Positions 17,218 through 26,343 of a stretch of 64,000 bases of DNA are shown here, piece by piece. Positions within the stretch are counted from its first letter, which is position 1; each line of letters opens with the position of its first letter. The stretch lies in the NCBI GenBank assembly GCA_016292035.1, contig JAEEZR010000026.1, positions 16,655-80,654 of the forward strand. Reading direction: 5' to 3'. The notes under the pieces were generated by a model. It was not told where the DNA came from. It ran no database searches and worked only from the letters and a program-made list of their open reading frames with translations. This DNA comes from Bacillales bacterium. GTDB lineage: Bacteria > Bacillota_I > Bacilli_A > RF39 > UBA660. Position numbers and translations under genes: made by a program.

Positions 17218-18414
17218 ATGGAAACATTGGCAGAAAAATTAAGACCTAAAACTATTAAAGAAGTAATAGGACAAAAACACTTAGTAGGAGAAAATAAAAT
17301 CTTTAATAATCTTATAAAGAACAATAAGATATTTAATATAATATTGCATGGTAAAAGTGGCATAGGTAAAACAACTATCGCCCTAGCACTAGTAAAAGAT
17401 TTAAAATGCCATTATAGACTATTAAATGCTACAATAAACTCAAAAAAAGACTTTGAAATAGTATTTGAAGAATCTAAAATGTATGATGATCTAGTATTAA
17501 TAGTAGATGAAATACATAGAATGAATAAAGATAAACAAGATTTGCTATTATCGTATATCGAAAGTGGTAAAATAACTCTAATAGGTTTAACTTCATCAAA
17601 TCCATATCACAGTGTTAACCCTGCCATAAGAAGTAGATGTCAGCTATTAGAATTAAAAGAACTATCTGAAGATGATATATATAATGCCCTTAAAAGAGTA
17701 AAAGAAGTCTATTCAGATATAAAAATTAAGGATGATGTATATAGATTCATAGCACACTTATCTGGCGGAGACTTAAGATATGCTTACAATCTAATAGAGT
17801 TCTGCTATAATTCATTTGGTAAAACATTTAAAATAGAAGATATACAAACAATAAACAATAAAGCAAACTACTTTTCAGATAAAAATGAAGATGGCTATTA
17901 CGACTTAATTAGTGCATTTCAAAAATCAATAAGAGGATCAGACGTAAACGCAGCAGTACATTACTTAGTAAGATTAATAGATACAGGAGAATTAGATATA
18001 CTATATAGAAGAATGCTAGTAATAGCCTACGAAGACATAGGACTAGCTAATCCATCCCTTCAAACTAAAGTGCTAACAGCAATTAGTTCTGCAGAAAGAT
18101 TGGGAATCCCAGAGCTATATAAGCCACTAACTCAAGTGGTAATAGAAATGGCTCTATCACCAAAAAGTAACACAGTCGAGCAAACATACACTGCTGCAAT
18201 AAATGATTTAAATAAAAATAATCCAGGAAGAGTTCCGGAACACATAAGAACAACTTCTCCAAACTACAAATACCCACATAACTACAAGAATCATTATGTT
18301 AAGCAACAGTATTTACCTGACAATATAAAAGAAAGTGTATACTATAGACCAGGAGATAACAAATACGAACAAGAACTATATATGTACAACCAAAAAATAA
18401 GAGATGAAAAATAA
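17218..18414 (+). CDS. rarA: replication-associated recombination protein A (MgsA/RarA AAA+ ATPase)
   Basis: Walker A GKSGIGKTT, Walker B LVLIVDEIHR, C-terminal MgsA pattern (SIRGSDVNAAVHYLVRL ... IGLANP). Confidence 0.85.
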   Translation: METLAEKLRPKTIKEVIGQKHLVGENKIFNNLIKNNKIFNIILHGKSGIGKTTIALALVKDLKCHYRLLNATINSKKDFEIVFEESKMYDDLVLIVDEIHRMNKDKQDLLLSYIESGKITLIGLTSSNPYHSVNPAIRSRCQLLELKELSEDDIYNALKRVKEVYSDIKIKDDVYRFIAHLSGGDLRYAYNLIEFCYNSFGKTFKIEDIQTINNKANYFSDKNEDGYYDLISAFQKSIRGSDVNAAVHYLVRLIDTGELDILYRRMLVIAYEDIGLANPSLQTKVLTAISSAERLGIPELYKPLTQVVIEMALSPKSNTVEQTYTAAINDLNKNNPGRVPEHIRTTSPNYKYPHNYKNHYVKQQYLPDNIKESVYYRPGDNKYEQELYMYNQKIRDEK

Positions 18415-18421
18415 TCATCTC

Positions 18422-19090
18422 TTATTTTATTATATTATTAATTATAAAACTAGTAATCATAAGTCCAGCAACACCTGGAACAAAACTACATGAACAAAGT
18501 TTATCAGATTTAACTGGCTGCTCACTAGATGTAACTACATTAACTTTATTTTGAGATTTCCTATCAATAAGTCCCCTCATCTTTTTAGCTAAAGGATCAT
18601 ACTCAGTCTTATTTAAAGTAGTTAAATATATCTTAGAAGGATCAAGCTTCTTTGCAGTGCCCATAGAACTTATAATAGTCTTATTAGATTCTAAAGCATT
18701 ATTTATAATAAGAGTTTTAGCTTTAACGTCGTCACAAGCATCAACTATAAAATCATACTCTTCAAAGTTAATTTGCTTTATACTCTCTTCATCTATTCTT
18801 AATTTTAAACCAACTAGATTAATATCATTATTAATATTTTTGTATCTTTTAATAGCTTCATCTACTTTATAACTACCAATATTATTTAGATTACTAATAA
18901 TTTGCCTATTAAGATTAGAAGAATCAATTATGTCATAATCAACTATAGTTATATTTTTAACACCACATCTAACAAGGGATTCAAGAGCATATCCTCCTAC
19001 CCCACCAATACCGACAATAAGTACTCTAATATTAGAAACAATATCTAGCTTTTCCTTGCCAATCAAAGATTCAAATCTATCTAAATTCAT
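18422..19090 (-). CDS. tcdA: ThiF/E1-like tRNA threonylcarbamoyladenosine dehydratase (TcdA/YrvM-like)
   Basis: VLIVGIGGVGGYALESLVRCGVKNITIVDYDIIDSSNLNRQ Rossmann motif. Adjacent to rarA, as yrvM-yrvN are in Bacillus. Confidence 0.75.
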   Translation of the reverse strand: MNLDRFESLIGKEKLDIVSNIRVLIVGIGGVGGYALESLVRCGVKNITIVDYDIIDSSNLNRQIISNLNNIGSYKVDEAIKRYKNINNDINLVGLKLRIDEESIKQINFEEYDFIVDACDDVKAKTLIINNALESNKTIISSMGTAKKLDPSKIYLTTLNKTEYDPLAKKMRGLIDRKSQNKVNVVTSSEQPVKSDKLCSCSFVPGVAGLMITSFIINNIIK

Positions 19091-19103
19091 AGAAATTCCT
19101 CCA

Positions 19104-19264
19104 AAATAAAACCAAGGCTCGTGTAAATAAAACTCGCTACAGCGAGGTGGTAGAACACAAAACGGAGTTTAGGATCCCTACAATAATCGTAGGTCTTCAA
19201 CACCCTCCATCTATTAGTTCCCCTAATTACTTATTTGTCGGTTTATTGAATCACTCACCTTGGT
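19104..19264 (-). ncRNA. ssrS: candidate 6S RNA (alternative: structured 5' leader of tcdA)
   Basis: This intergenic stretch looks GC-richer than its surroundings by eye. It has its own TGcTATAAT box. A long-range closing stem pairs CCAAGGUGAGUG with CACGAGCCUUGG and is followed by UUUUAUUUU. There is an apical hairpin CCUAC-GAUUAUU-GUAGG, a large internal bubble and a 3'-side hairpin CUCGC-UGUA-GCGAG. Its position upstream of tcdA/yrvM matches where I recall B. subtilis bsrA lies. Confidence 0.45.
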
Positions 19265-19270
19265 AAAATA

Positions 19271-19279
19271 ATTATAGCA
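19271..19279 (-). promoter_or_regulatory. extended -10 (TGcTATAAT) for the candidate 6S RNA
   Basis: The reverse complement of 19271-19279 reads TGCTATAAT. A TAGACT -35-like hexamer lies 17 nt upstream. Confidence 0.4.
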
Positions 19280-19296
19280 TTACAGTTTATAAAAGT

Positions 19297-19737
19297 CTAC
19301 TGTTTTTTTAACCTATGAGTTATATACCCATTATCAATAGCAAAATCATTAAACTCATCAACTATATTATCAAAACAGAACTCTTCATCATTTAAATACA
19401 TATAGTAAAACTTATTAGCTAAAAACAGATCTACATAGCTCATATCTACATCATACTCTCTAAATATATCATAAGACTTATTAATAAGATCAGGATTATA
19501 ATTATAAGCATATCTAAAAACGCCATTCTTCGTTAAATAATACTCAGTTTTACCATCAATATCACATTTCTCTACAAATCCATCTTCAACTAAACTTTTA
19601 AGCATAGAAAGTATTTCAGCACCATCCTGACTAAGAGCTATTTTTAACTTAGCAGCAGTTAAGCCTCTACCTATAAATAAACATTGAATAATTGAATTCT
19701 TCATTTTTTCAATATAATTAAGAAAATCTTTATTCAT
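19297..19737 (-). CDS. winged-helix-like small protein, translationally coupled to the ClpX-like ATPase
   Basis: GLTAAKLKIALSQDGAEILSMLKSLVEDGFVEK...YYLTKNG looks MarR/wHTH-like. Its RBS lies inside the last codons of the upstream gene. Confidence 0.45.
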   Translation of the reverse strand: MNKDFLNYIEKMKNSIIQCLFIGRGLTAAKLKIALSQDGAEILSMLKSLVEDGFVEKCDIDGKTEYYLTKNGVFRYAYNYNPDLINKSYDIFREYDVDMSYVDLFLANKFYYMYLNDEEFCFDNIVDEFNDFAIDNGYITHRLKKQ

Positions 19738-19738
19738 A

Positions 19739-21652
19739 TTATTCTCCTTTCTTAAAAACTAATTTATAACTAGAATTATTATCAATGATATCTTCTCCAA
19801 GCTCAATTCTATCTACATTTTCAACATTTTCAAAGTAATTTAAAAGCACATCACATAATACTTTATCTAATATTTGATTCATTTTTCTAGCGCCAAATAA
19901 ATTAGAAGTCATCTTACTAGCAAGATTTTCGTATAACTTGTCAGGAACAACAAACTCTACTCCCCTAGATTTAAACTCACTAATATATTGATTTATTAAA
20001 CTTTGTCTTCCATGTTTAAGAATATAAATATATTGATCAGTAGAAAGTTTCTTCATTTGAACTACTGGTCTAGTTCTACCAACAAACTCAGCAGGAACGC
20101 CAGCTTTAATAATTAAATCTTCATCGCTTAATAACTGATTATCATTATTACTCTCTTGATCTGAAAAACCTTTAATTACATGGCTCTTATCATTATATAA
20201 ATCAGAGAATGCACCTGCTAAAAATATAACTAAATGTCTAGTATCAAAAGCAACAGTTTTTCCATAAGGGCCAACATTTACATCTACAACGCCAGATTCC
20301 AAAACAGATAAAAGAGAATTTAAAACACCTTTTTTATTGACAGACTCAGATTGACCGCCAGCCTTTTTATCTATTTCATCTAAAAATAGTATAGATCTTT
20401 CTGCTTTTTCAACGTCTCCATTACAGTTATTAATTAATCTAAGAAAAATATCATTAATAGAGTTCCCAACGTATCCAGCCTCACTGAAGTCAGATATGTC
20501 GACTTTAGAATAAGGTAAATTAAATTGTCTTGAAATTGATTCAACTAAAGAAGTTTTACCACATCCACTAGGACCAAAAAGGAATATATTCTTCTTAAGT
20601 TTTGGATTATCAAAAAATATGTTAGAATAAACAGCAACAACGGCCTGCTTTACAGCTTCATCTTGAAATAAAACGTCTTTCTTAACTTCATCAATGATTT
20701 CATTAATTTTCTTAATATCTTTATTATCACTAGATTCAGAAACAGGTTTCTCATTAGCAATACTATCTAATAAGCTATAATACTCTTCTAGTGTGTCTGG
20801 ATTAGAGTAAAGAAGAGATTCTAAATAATTATTATTATCACTCACTGAAACATGATCAATTTGAGTATCAAAAGTAAGCTCATACTCGTCAACGTTCATG
20901 TTAACGAGACTTCTTCCTTCTTCCCCTTCTAGATAGAAAAATACGCTATTGTCATACACTTCATAAGCAGCTTTAAATACAGAGTTAACATCAACTTGAT
21001 ATTTAATGAAGAATAAGCTTTTTAAGTAAGATTCGCTCATATCAGCTAACTTATCAATACCATTCTTATTTAAGAAAGAAATAATATCCTCTTTAGGAAC
21101 TGATTGGAGATCTAACCATTCTCCTCTTACTAAAAAGTTATTTATAAGATCTTCTCCAATTATTAAATGAGTAAAAATAATTAAAGCTTCATCAGATAAA
21201 TCATAAAGAGAATTTAAGTTCACTTTCTTTAAAATACTTAAAAAGTCTTCGCTTGAATAACTATCAAAGTCTAGAATAGGAAGAATGTACATACCATTAG
21301 TTGCTAGTTCATCGTAAATCTCATCAGCATTTTTCCCTTCAAGAGAAATTGGAAAATCTTCTTTAATAGATTTCCTAATCCTTTTAGCACCAATAAATTT
21401 AAGATAGCTTCTATTTACTGCAGCAATTGCTAAATAAAGATCAGCATAGTTTTCTAATCCTATAAAGTAATCATCTACATCTGGAAAAGACACAGAAGCA
21501 TGTACGTATTCTCTACCAGTTTCACTATCAACAAACACCGCGTTATTATGAATAAGCTTACCATGAAGCAATCCATCAGCTTTAAATAATTCCCCTCTTT
21601 CACTTTCAATTTTTTTTAAGTGCAATGCAACATCTAAACTCTCAAAGTTCAT
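19739..21652 (-). CDS. ClpX-family AAA+ ATPase with a non-canonical ~330-aa N-terminal domain
   Basis: The C-terminal half aligns by eye to ClpX: GPSGCGKT, SEAGYVG pore loop, LFLDEIDK, GVPAEFVGRTRPVV and GARKMNQIL. No zinc-finger N-domain. KGF replaces the IGF loop. Confidence 0.65.
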   Translation of the reverse strand: MNFESLDVALHLKKIESERGELFKADGLLHGKLIHNNAVFVDSETGREYVHASVSFPDVDDYFIGLENYADLYLAIAAVNRSYLKFIGAKRIRKSIKEDFPISLEGKNADEIYDELATNGMYILPILDFDSYSSEDFLSILKKVNLNSLYDLSDEALIIFTHLIIGEDLINNFLVRGEWLDLQSVPKEDIISFLNKNGIDKLADMSESYLKSLFFIKYQVDVNSVFKAAYEVYDNSVFFYLEGEEGRSLVNMNVDEYELTFDTQIDHVSVSDNNNYLESLLYSNPDTLEEYYSLLDSIANEKPVSESSDNKDIKKINEIIDEVKKDVLFQDEAVKQAVVAVYSNIFFDNPKLKKNIFLFGPSGCGKTSLVESISRQFNLPYSKVDISDFSEAGYVGNSINDIFLRLINNCNGDVEKAERSILFLDEIDKKAGGQSESVNKKGVLNSLLSVLESGVVDVNVGPYGKTVAFDTRHLVIFLAGAFSDLYNDKSHVIKGFSDQESNNDNQLLSDEDLIIKAGVPAEFVGRTRPVVQMKKLSTDQYIYILKHGRQSLINQYISEFKSRGVEFVVPDKLYENLASKMTSNLFGARKMNQILDKVLCDVLLNYFENVENVDRIELGEDIIDNNSSYKLVFKKGE

Positions 21653-21674
21653 ATTAATCCCCCTATCTGAATAA

Positions 21675-22925
21675 TTATAAATTCATATCTAGATAATCAA
21701 TTAATTCACTAGATTTAACTTTTGTTTCTTCTTTAGTAGCATTATTCTTAACAGTAATATAACCGCCTTTAACTTCATCTTCTCCAATTATAAGAATATA
21801 ACTAGGATCAAGTTTATCTACTACTTTCCAAATATTCTTAAAGTTTTTGCCTGTATAATCAGTTTCACAAGAAAAACCGCTACCTCTTAAATCATCAATT
21901 ACTTGAAAAGCAAAACCGCTTTCATCCATATTAATAACGAAAACATCTAGTTTATCTTTAGGAATATAACTTTCAAGTTCCTTTAAAAGAATAAGTATTC
22001 TTTCAACTCCAAAAGCAAATCCAACACCAGGAGTACTAGGGCCATCAAGTAAAGATATTAAATTATCATATCTTCCACCAGCAGCAACAGTATTAGCTTT
22101 GCCAAGCTCTTCTATATTACTTACAATTTCAAATACTGTATCAGTGTAGTAATCAAGCCCTCTTACAAGAGTTTCCTCTTCAACATAAGGAATTCCAATT
22201 AAATCAAGAGCTTCCTTAACTTCATCAAAATATTTAATAGATTCTTCATTTAAATAGTCTTTAATCTTAGGAGCATTTTTAACAAAGTCTCTTTCACTGT
22301 CATACTTACAATCTAATATTCTAAGAGGATTTTTATCAAGTCTTTCTTTACAAATGTCACATAAATTATCATAATCATTTTTAAAGTAATCCTTGATAGC
22401 ATTACTGTAATTATTTCTACTCTCACTATCACCTATACTATTAATTTTTACTACTAAATCTGTTATACCAAGGCTAGATAATATATTATAAGCAAGAGAT
22501 ATAATTTCAGCATCAGCTTTTGGATTTCTAACACCAAAAACTTCAACTCCTGCTTGAGTAAATTCTCTTAATCTTCCATTTTGTGGTCTTTCATATCTAA
22601 AAGCACTACCAAAATAATAATATTTCTTAATTCCTTCTACATAAAGTTTATTCTCAATGTAGCTTCTAACAACACCAGCAGTAAACTCAGGTCTTAAAGT
22701 AATCTTTCTATCACCTTTATCTACAAAGTCATATGTTTCTTTATTAACTACATCAGTAGTTTCTCCCATTCCCCTATAAAAAAGTTCAGTAGCTTCAAAA
22801 GTTGGAACTTTAATATACTCATAATTATAAAGATTCATAAAAGAATCAATAGTATTCTCAATATATTTATAAATAATACCATCAGTACCATAAATGTCTA
22901 AAGTACCTTTTTGTTTTTGTAACAT
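21675..22925 (-). CDS. hisS: histidine--tRNA ligase
   Basis: Class II motifs (RLREFTQAGVEVFG, AAGGRYDNL, GVGFAFGVERI). Start moved to the ATG at 22925 (RBS AAGAGGTGA). Confidence 0.9.
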   Translation of the reverse strand: MLQKQKGTLDIYGTDGIIYKYIENTIDSFMNLYNYEYIKVPTFEATELFYRGMGETTDVVNKETYDFVDKGDRKITLRPEFTAGVVRSYIENKLYVEGIKKYYYFGSAFRYERPQNGRLREFTQAGVEVFGVRNPKADAEIISLAYNILSSLGITDLVVKINSIGDSESRNNYSNAIKDYFKNDYDNLCDICKERLDKNPLRILDCKYDSERDFVKNAPKIKDYLNEESIKYFDEVKEALDLIGIPYVEEETLVRGLDYYTDTVFEIVSNIEELGKANTVAAGGRYDNLISLLDGPSTPGVGFAFGVERILILLKELESYIPKDKLDVFVINMDESGFAFQVIDDLRGSGFSCETDYTGKNFKNIWKVVDKLDPSYILIIGEDEVKGGYITVKNNATKEETKVKSSELIDYLDMNL

Positions 22926-23058
22926 AATAATCACCTCTTTAATTATACAATAATAAAATGCAATAATCAATTTCTCATGTATGAAGTATTATACTAAAAT
23001 TAATAAAATAAAACAACAAACAAAGAATAATAACAGGCAAAATAACATAACAATTATT

Positions 23059-24357
23059 ATGATTAATAAACTTAAAAATAATAAATTTTTACTAGGAACA
23101 ATATTGCTTTTAACAGGAGGATTTCTTTCAAAACTTTTAGGCTTTATATTAAAAATAATAATAACTAGAAAAATAGGAACAGAAGGAATAGCAGTATATT
23201 CATTAGTAATGCCCACTTTTTCATTGTTTTCGACAATAGCAACCTTTTCTTTTCCAGTAGCAATAAGCAAAATAACTTCAACAAAAAGAGCTAAAAAAGT
23301 AGTGTTATCTATTATACCTGTTTCTTTACTTCTAAACTTACTATCAATATTAGTCATATTTATAATAAGTAAGCCTTTGTCTATAGCATTATTAAAAGAA
23401 CCAAGAACATATTACCCAATATTATCAATTGGATTTACTCTTCCATTTATTGGTCTTTCATCAATTATAAAAGGATACTACTGGGGCAAGCAAAGAATGG
23501 GTACTTATATATTATCTAATATAGTTGAACAAATAGTAAGAATAATAATTATTACTATATTAGTGCCTATATACATAAAGAAAAGCATAGAAAGTACATT
23601 ATCACTTATAGTGCTAGTAAATATTTTATCAGAAACATCAAGCATTATAGTAATGATGTTAGCTCTTCCAAAGCATATTAAAATTAAAAAAGAAGACTTA
23701 AAACCAGTTAAAGAAGAAATTAAAAATGTAATGAGTATTTCTTTTCCCTCTACAACAAGCAAAATAATAGGTTCAATAGTACACTTTATTGAACCCATAT
23801 TATTAACTAATATACTAACTTTAAAAGGATTTAATATAAGCTACATAATAAGAGAATATGGTGTAATTAATGGATACTCAGTATCATTATTACTTCTTCC
23901 TCAGTTTTTTACACAAAGTATATCTACCTCACTAGTCCCTGAAATATCCAAATACTATGAAATCAAAGATAAAAAAATGTGCACTAAAAGAATTAAACAA
24001 ATAGTAGCTCTTTCACTTACAATAGGATTAATATCAACAATAGTATTATTAATAAATCCAGCGTATTTTCTTAATTTAATATATAAAACAACAAAAGGAG
24101 TAAAATACATAAAAGCATTAGCGCCATTTTTTCTACTATATTTTATAGAAACCCCTCTATCAAATTGCCTTCAAGCTATGAATAAAAGTAAAGAAGCCTT
24201 TATTATAGTAACAGTGTCAAGCATTATAAAGCTATTCTTAATAGTATTCCTATCAATACTTAATAAAGGTATAAATTCGCTTATAATAAGTACTTCAGTA
24301 AGTATAGTATTCTCAACATATTTTTACTTAAGAGAGACTATAAAAGCACTTAAATAA
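23059..24357 (+). CDS. MOP-superfamily flippase (SpoVB/MurJ-like)
   Basis: About 12-14 TM helices with an N-terminus NKFLLGTILLLTGGFLSKLLGFILKIIITR typical of SpoVB. The upstream 26 codons of the track ORF look like translated AT-rich spacer, and the start is uncertain. Confidence 0.6.
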   Translation: MINKLKNNKFLLGTILLLTGGFLSKLLGFILKIIITRKIGTEGIAVYSLVMPTFSLFSTIATFSFPVAISKITSTKRAKKVVLSIIPVSLLLNLLSILVIFIISKPLSIALLKEPRTYYPILSIGFTLPFIGLSSIIKGYYWGKQRMGTYILSNIVEQIVRIIIITILVPIYIKKSIESTLSLIVLVNILSETSSIIVMMLALPKHIKIKKEDLKPVKEEIKNVMSISFPSTTSKIIGSIVHFIEPILLTNILTLKGFNISYIIREYGVINGYSVSLLLLPQFFTQSISTSLVPEISKYYEIKDKKMCTKRIKQIVALSLTIGLISTIVLLINPAYFLNLIYKTTKGVKYIKALAPFFLLYFIETPLSNCLQAMNKSKEAFIIVTVSSIIKLFLIVFLSILNKGINSLIISTSVSIVFSTYFYLRETIKALK

Positions 24358-24988
24358 TATCTTTCTTTAAAATAATATAAGTTTTATCATTTCTATAAAA
24401 ACAATAAAAAATATCTTCAACTTTATAATTATTACTGCTAATAATGTTATAAATCCACTTCTCATCTTTATTTAGACATTTTAAAGAATAGTGCTGCAGA
24501 GCACCATCTAATATCAAAGGATACGGAATGCTATCATTAATTTCATATTTAAAAATACTTAGTTTACCATTATTTTCTAAAGATGCATACTCTACTTCAT
24601 CAATGCTTTTAATGCCTTTCATCCTAAGCTCTAAAAGTAAATCATCAAGTGTGTAGCGTTGTTTAATCATTTCTTTATAATTAATAGATCCCCTATTAAT
24701 AATTAATGATGGTTTTCCTAAAACAAAGTTTCTAAATCTATTAGACTTTAAACTAATAAAAGCCATAGATATCTCTAAAACAGTAAGTAAAAGAATAGGC
24801 AAAACAGTATTAATTAAAGAATCATTATCATTTTCAATGCTAATTGCTATTAACTCAATTATCAGCAAACTAACAGCTAAATCCTGAATAGAAAGTTTAC
24901 CTATTTCTCTTTTTCCCATTATTCTATATATAAATAATATAAAAAAATAAAAGAATACAGTTTTAAAGATAATATTACATAAATGCAT
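24350..24988 (-). CDS. DUF421 (YetF-like) membrane protein
   Basis: N-terminal TM helices plus MGKREIGKLSIQDLAVSLLI motif. Confidence 0.6.
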   Translation of the reverse strand: MHLCNIIFKTVFFYFFILFIYRIMGKREIGKLSIQDLAVSLLIIELIAISIENDNDSLINTVLPILLLTVLEISMAFISLKSNRFRNFVLGKPSLIINRGSINYKEMIKQRYTLDDLLLELRMKGIKSIDEVEYASLENNGKLSIFKYEINDSIPYPLILDGALQHYSLKCLNKDEKWIYNIISSNNYKVEDIFYCFYRNDKTYIILKKDII

Positions 24989-25059
24989 ATAATCACCTAA
25001 TATATATTGTATTAGGTATTATTTTTCTATACATAAATATAATTAAATGAGGTGAAACT

Positions 25060-25392
25060 GTGACAAAAAACATAATGAAAATGTATCTATATACATTTAT
25101 ATATCTAATAATAATATCAGTGCTTAGCAAAGTAAGTTACTCTATAATAAGCATAATTAGCTATATATTCTTATTGATGATGTGCTTACTTAAAGGAATA
25201 AACTATTCAAGAAGTTCTAACAAACCAGGATATATAAGTGGACTTCTTCTTGGAACATTATTTGCTATAACTCTATTAGTAATATCAATAATTCTAACAA
25301 AGAATATATCACTAAAAAGTCTTATATACTATACCTCTCTTATACTTAGTAGCACTATCGGAGGTATAATAGGAGCAAACATCAGAAAATAA
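25060..25392 (+). CDS. small polytopic membrane protein
   Basis: GTG start after GAGGTGA. Three predicted TM helices. Confidence 0.35.
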   Translation: MTKNIMKMYLYTFIYLIIISVLSKVSYSIISIISYIFLLMMCLLKGINYSRSSNKPGYISGLLLGTLFAITLLVISIILTKNISLKSLIYYTSLILSSTIGGIIGANIRK

Positions 25393-25413
25393 AAAAACAT
25401 CTTATTAGATGTT

Positions 25414-26010
25414 TTAATTAGCTTCAGGGCAAGAGCCTACAAATCCATTAGCCTCTATATGAGCCTTAATAGTTCTATCTTCATCAGTTCCAGTAAGCAT
25501 AAAGCTTTGATCATCAGTATCACTATAAGAAATCCAAATTTTAAGATTATATGAATGAAGTGAAGATGAAGAAGATAGTTCGTGATTAGAAAATACTTTA
25601 ATAACTCCAGCATCATCTACATAAGTGATATTACTAGGATCAAAAGTACCATCTACAGTATTATTTCCTTCAGTTATTCTATACTTCAAATACTTATTTC
25701 TTAAATTAACACCAATCTTATCGATAACTAAAAATACATTATAACAGCCATTTAAAGTAGCATTATCGCCTCTTTCAATAGAAAAAGTATGACTATAAGC
25801 AAAATTGTTGGCCATATCATCATAAATTGGTTCTAAACTTGTAATGTTCATAGATGAATCTGAAACTCTTAAATCTAAATTACCAGACATAATAGCAGAA
25901 TTACTGTCTTCTCCTTTAATACCGCCAGTAAAAAATGCATATGATAAACTCATTAAAACCAACATAGCTATAATTGAAGAACCTACTATTACTATTAATT
26001 TTCTATTCAA
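25414..26010 (-). CDS. secreted protein with TasA/camelysin-type (SipW-type) signal peptide
   Basis: N-terminus ...LVLMSLSYAFFTGG then SGNLDLRV, resembling the AYFSD ... GTLDL pattern of the TasA/CalY family. Confidence 0.4.
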   Translation of the reverse strand: MNRKLIVIVGSSIIAMLVLMSLSYAFFTGGIKGEDSNSAIMSGNLDLRVSDSSMNITSLEPIYDDMANNFAYSHTFSIERGDNATLNGCYNVFLVIDKIGVNLRNKYLKYRITEGNNTVDGTFDPSNITYVDDAGVIKVFSNHELSSSSSLHSYNLKIWISYSDTDDQSFMLTGTDEDRTIKAHIEANGFVGSCPEAN

Positions 26011-26126
26011 TTAAATCACATCCCTTATTATCTACCTATAATTCTACCAAATTTTAAACAGTATGTAAAATAAAAGTAATATATTTATTTTTCCTTAATA
26101 ATTTAGTATAATTAAACCGAGGTATT

Positions 26127-26333
26127 ATGAAGAATATATTAATTAAAATGATTAATCTATATCAAAAGACACATATTTCCACACATAATTATTGCAAATA
26201 TTATCCAACATGCAGTGAATATACTAAACAAGCAATATTTAAGTATGGTTCTCTAAAAGGGCTATGGCTTGGTTTTAAAAGAGTTCTAAGATGTAACCCA
26301 TTTAGTAAAGGCGGAATAGATTTAGTACCTTAA
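26127..26333 (+). CDS. yidD: membrane protein insertion efficiency factor YidD
   Basis: CKYYPTCSEYTKQAI...GLWLGFKRVLRCNPF signature. Confidence 0.85.
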   Translation: MKNILIKMINLYQKTHISTHNYCKYYPTCSEYTKQAIFKYGSLKGLWLGFKRVLRCNPFSKGGIDLVP

Positions 26334-26343
26334 AGGAGAAAAG

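Noticed and set aside
19104-19264. T-box or riboswitch interpretation of the structured element upstream of tcdA.
   Set aside because: I could not find the T-box consensus (GGGUGGNACCGCG-like), specifier-loop features, or TPP/SAM/preQ1 core motifs. The rod-with-bubble fold, its own promoter and the synteny fit 6S better. It is kept as the alternative hypothesis in the finding.
22926-23058. Expected T-box leader upstream of hisS.
   Set aside because: Only ~130 nt separate hisS from the divergent flippase gene. The RBS lies directly upstream of the ATG, and no T-box or terminator/antiterminator structure is visible.
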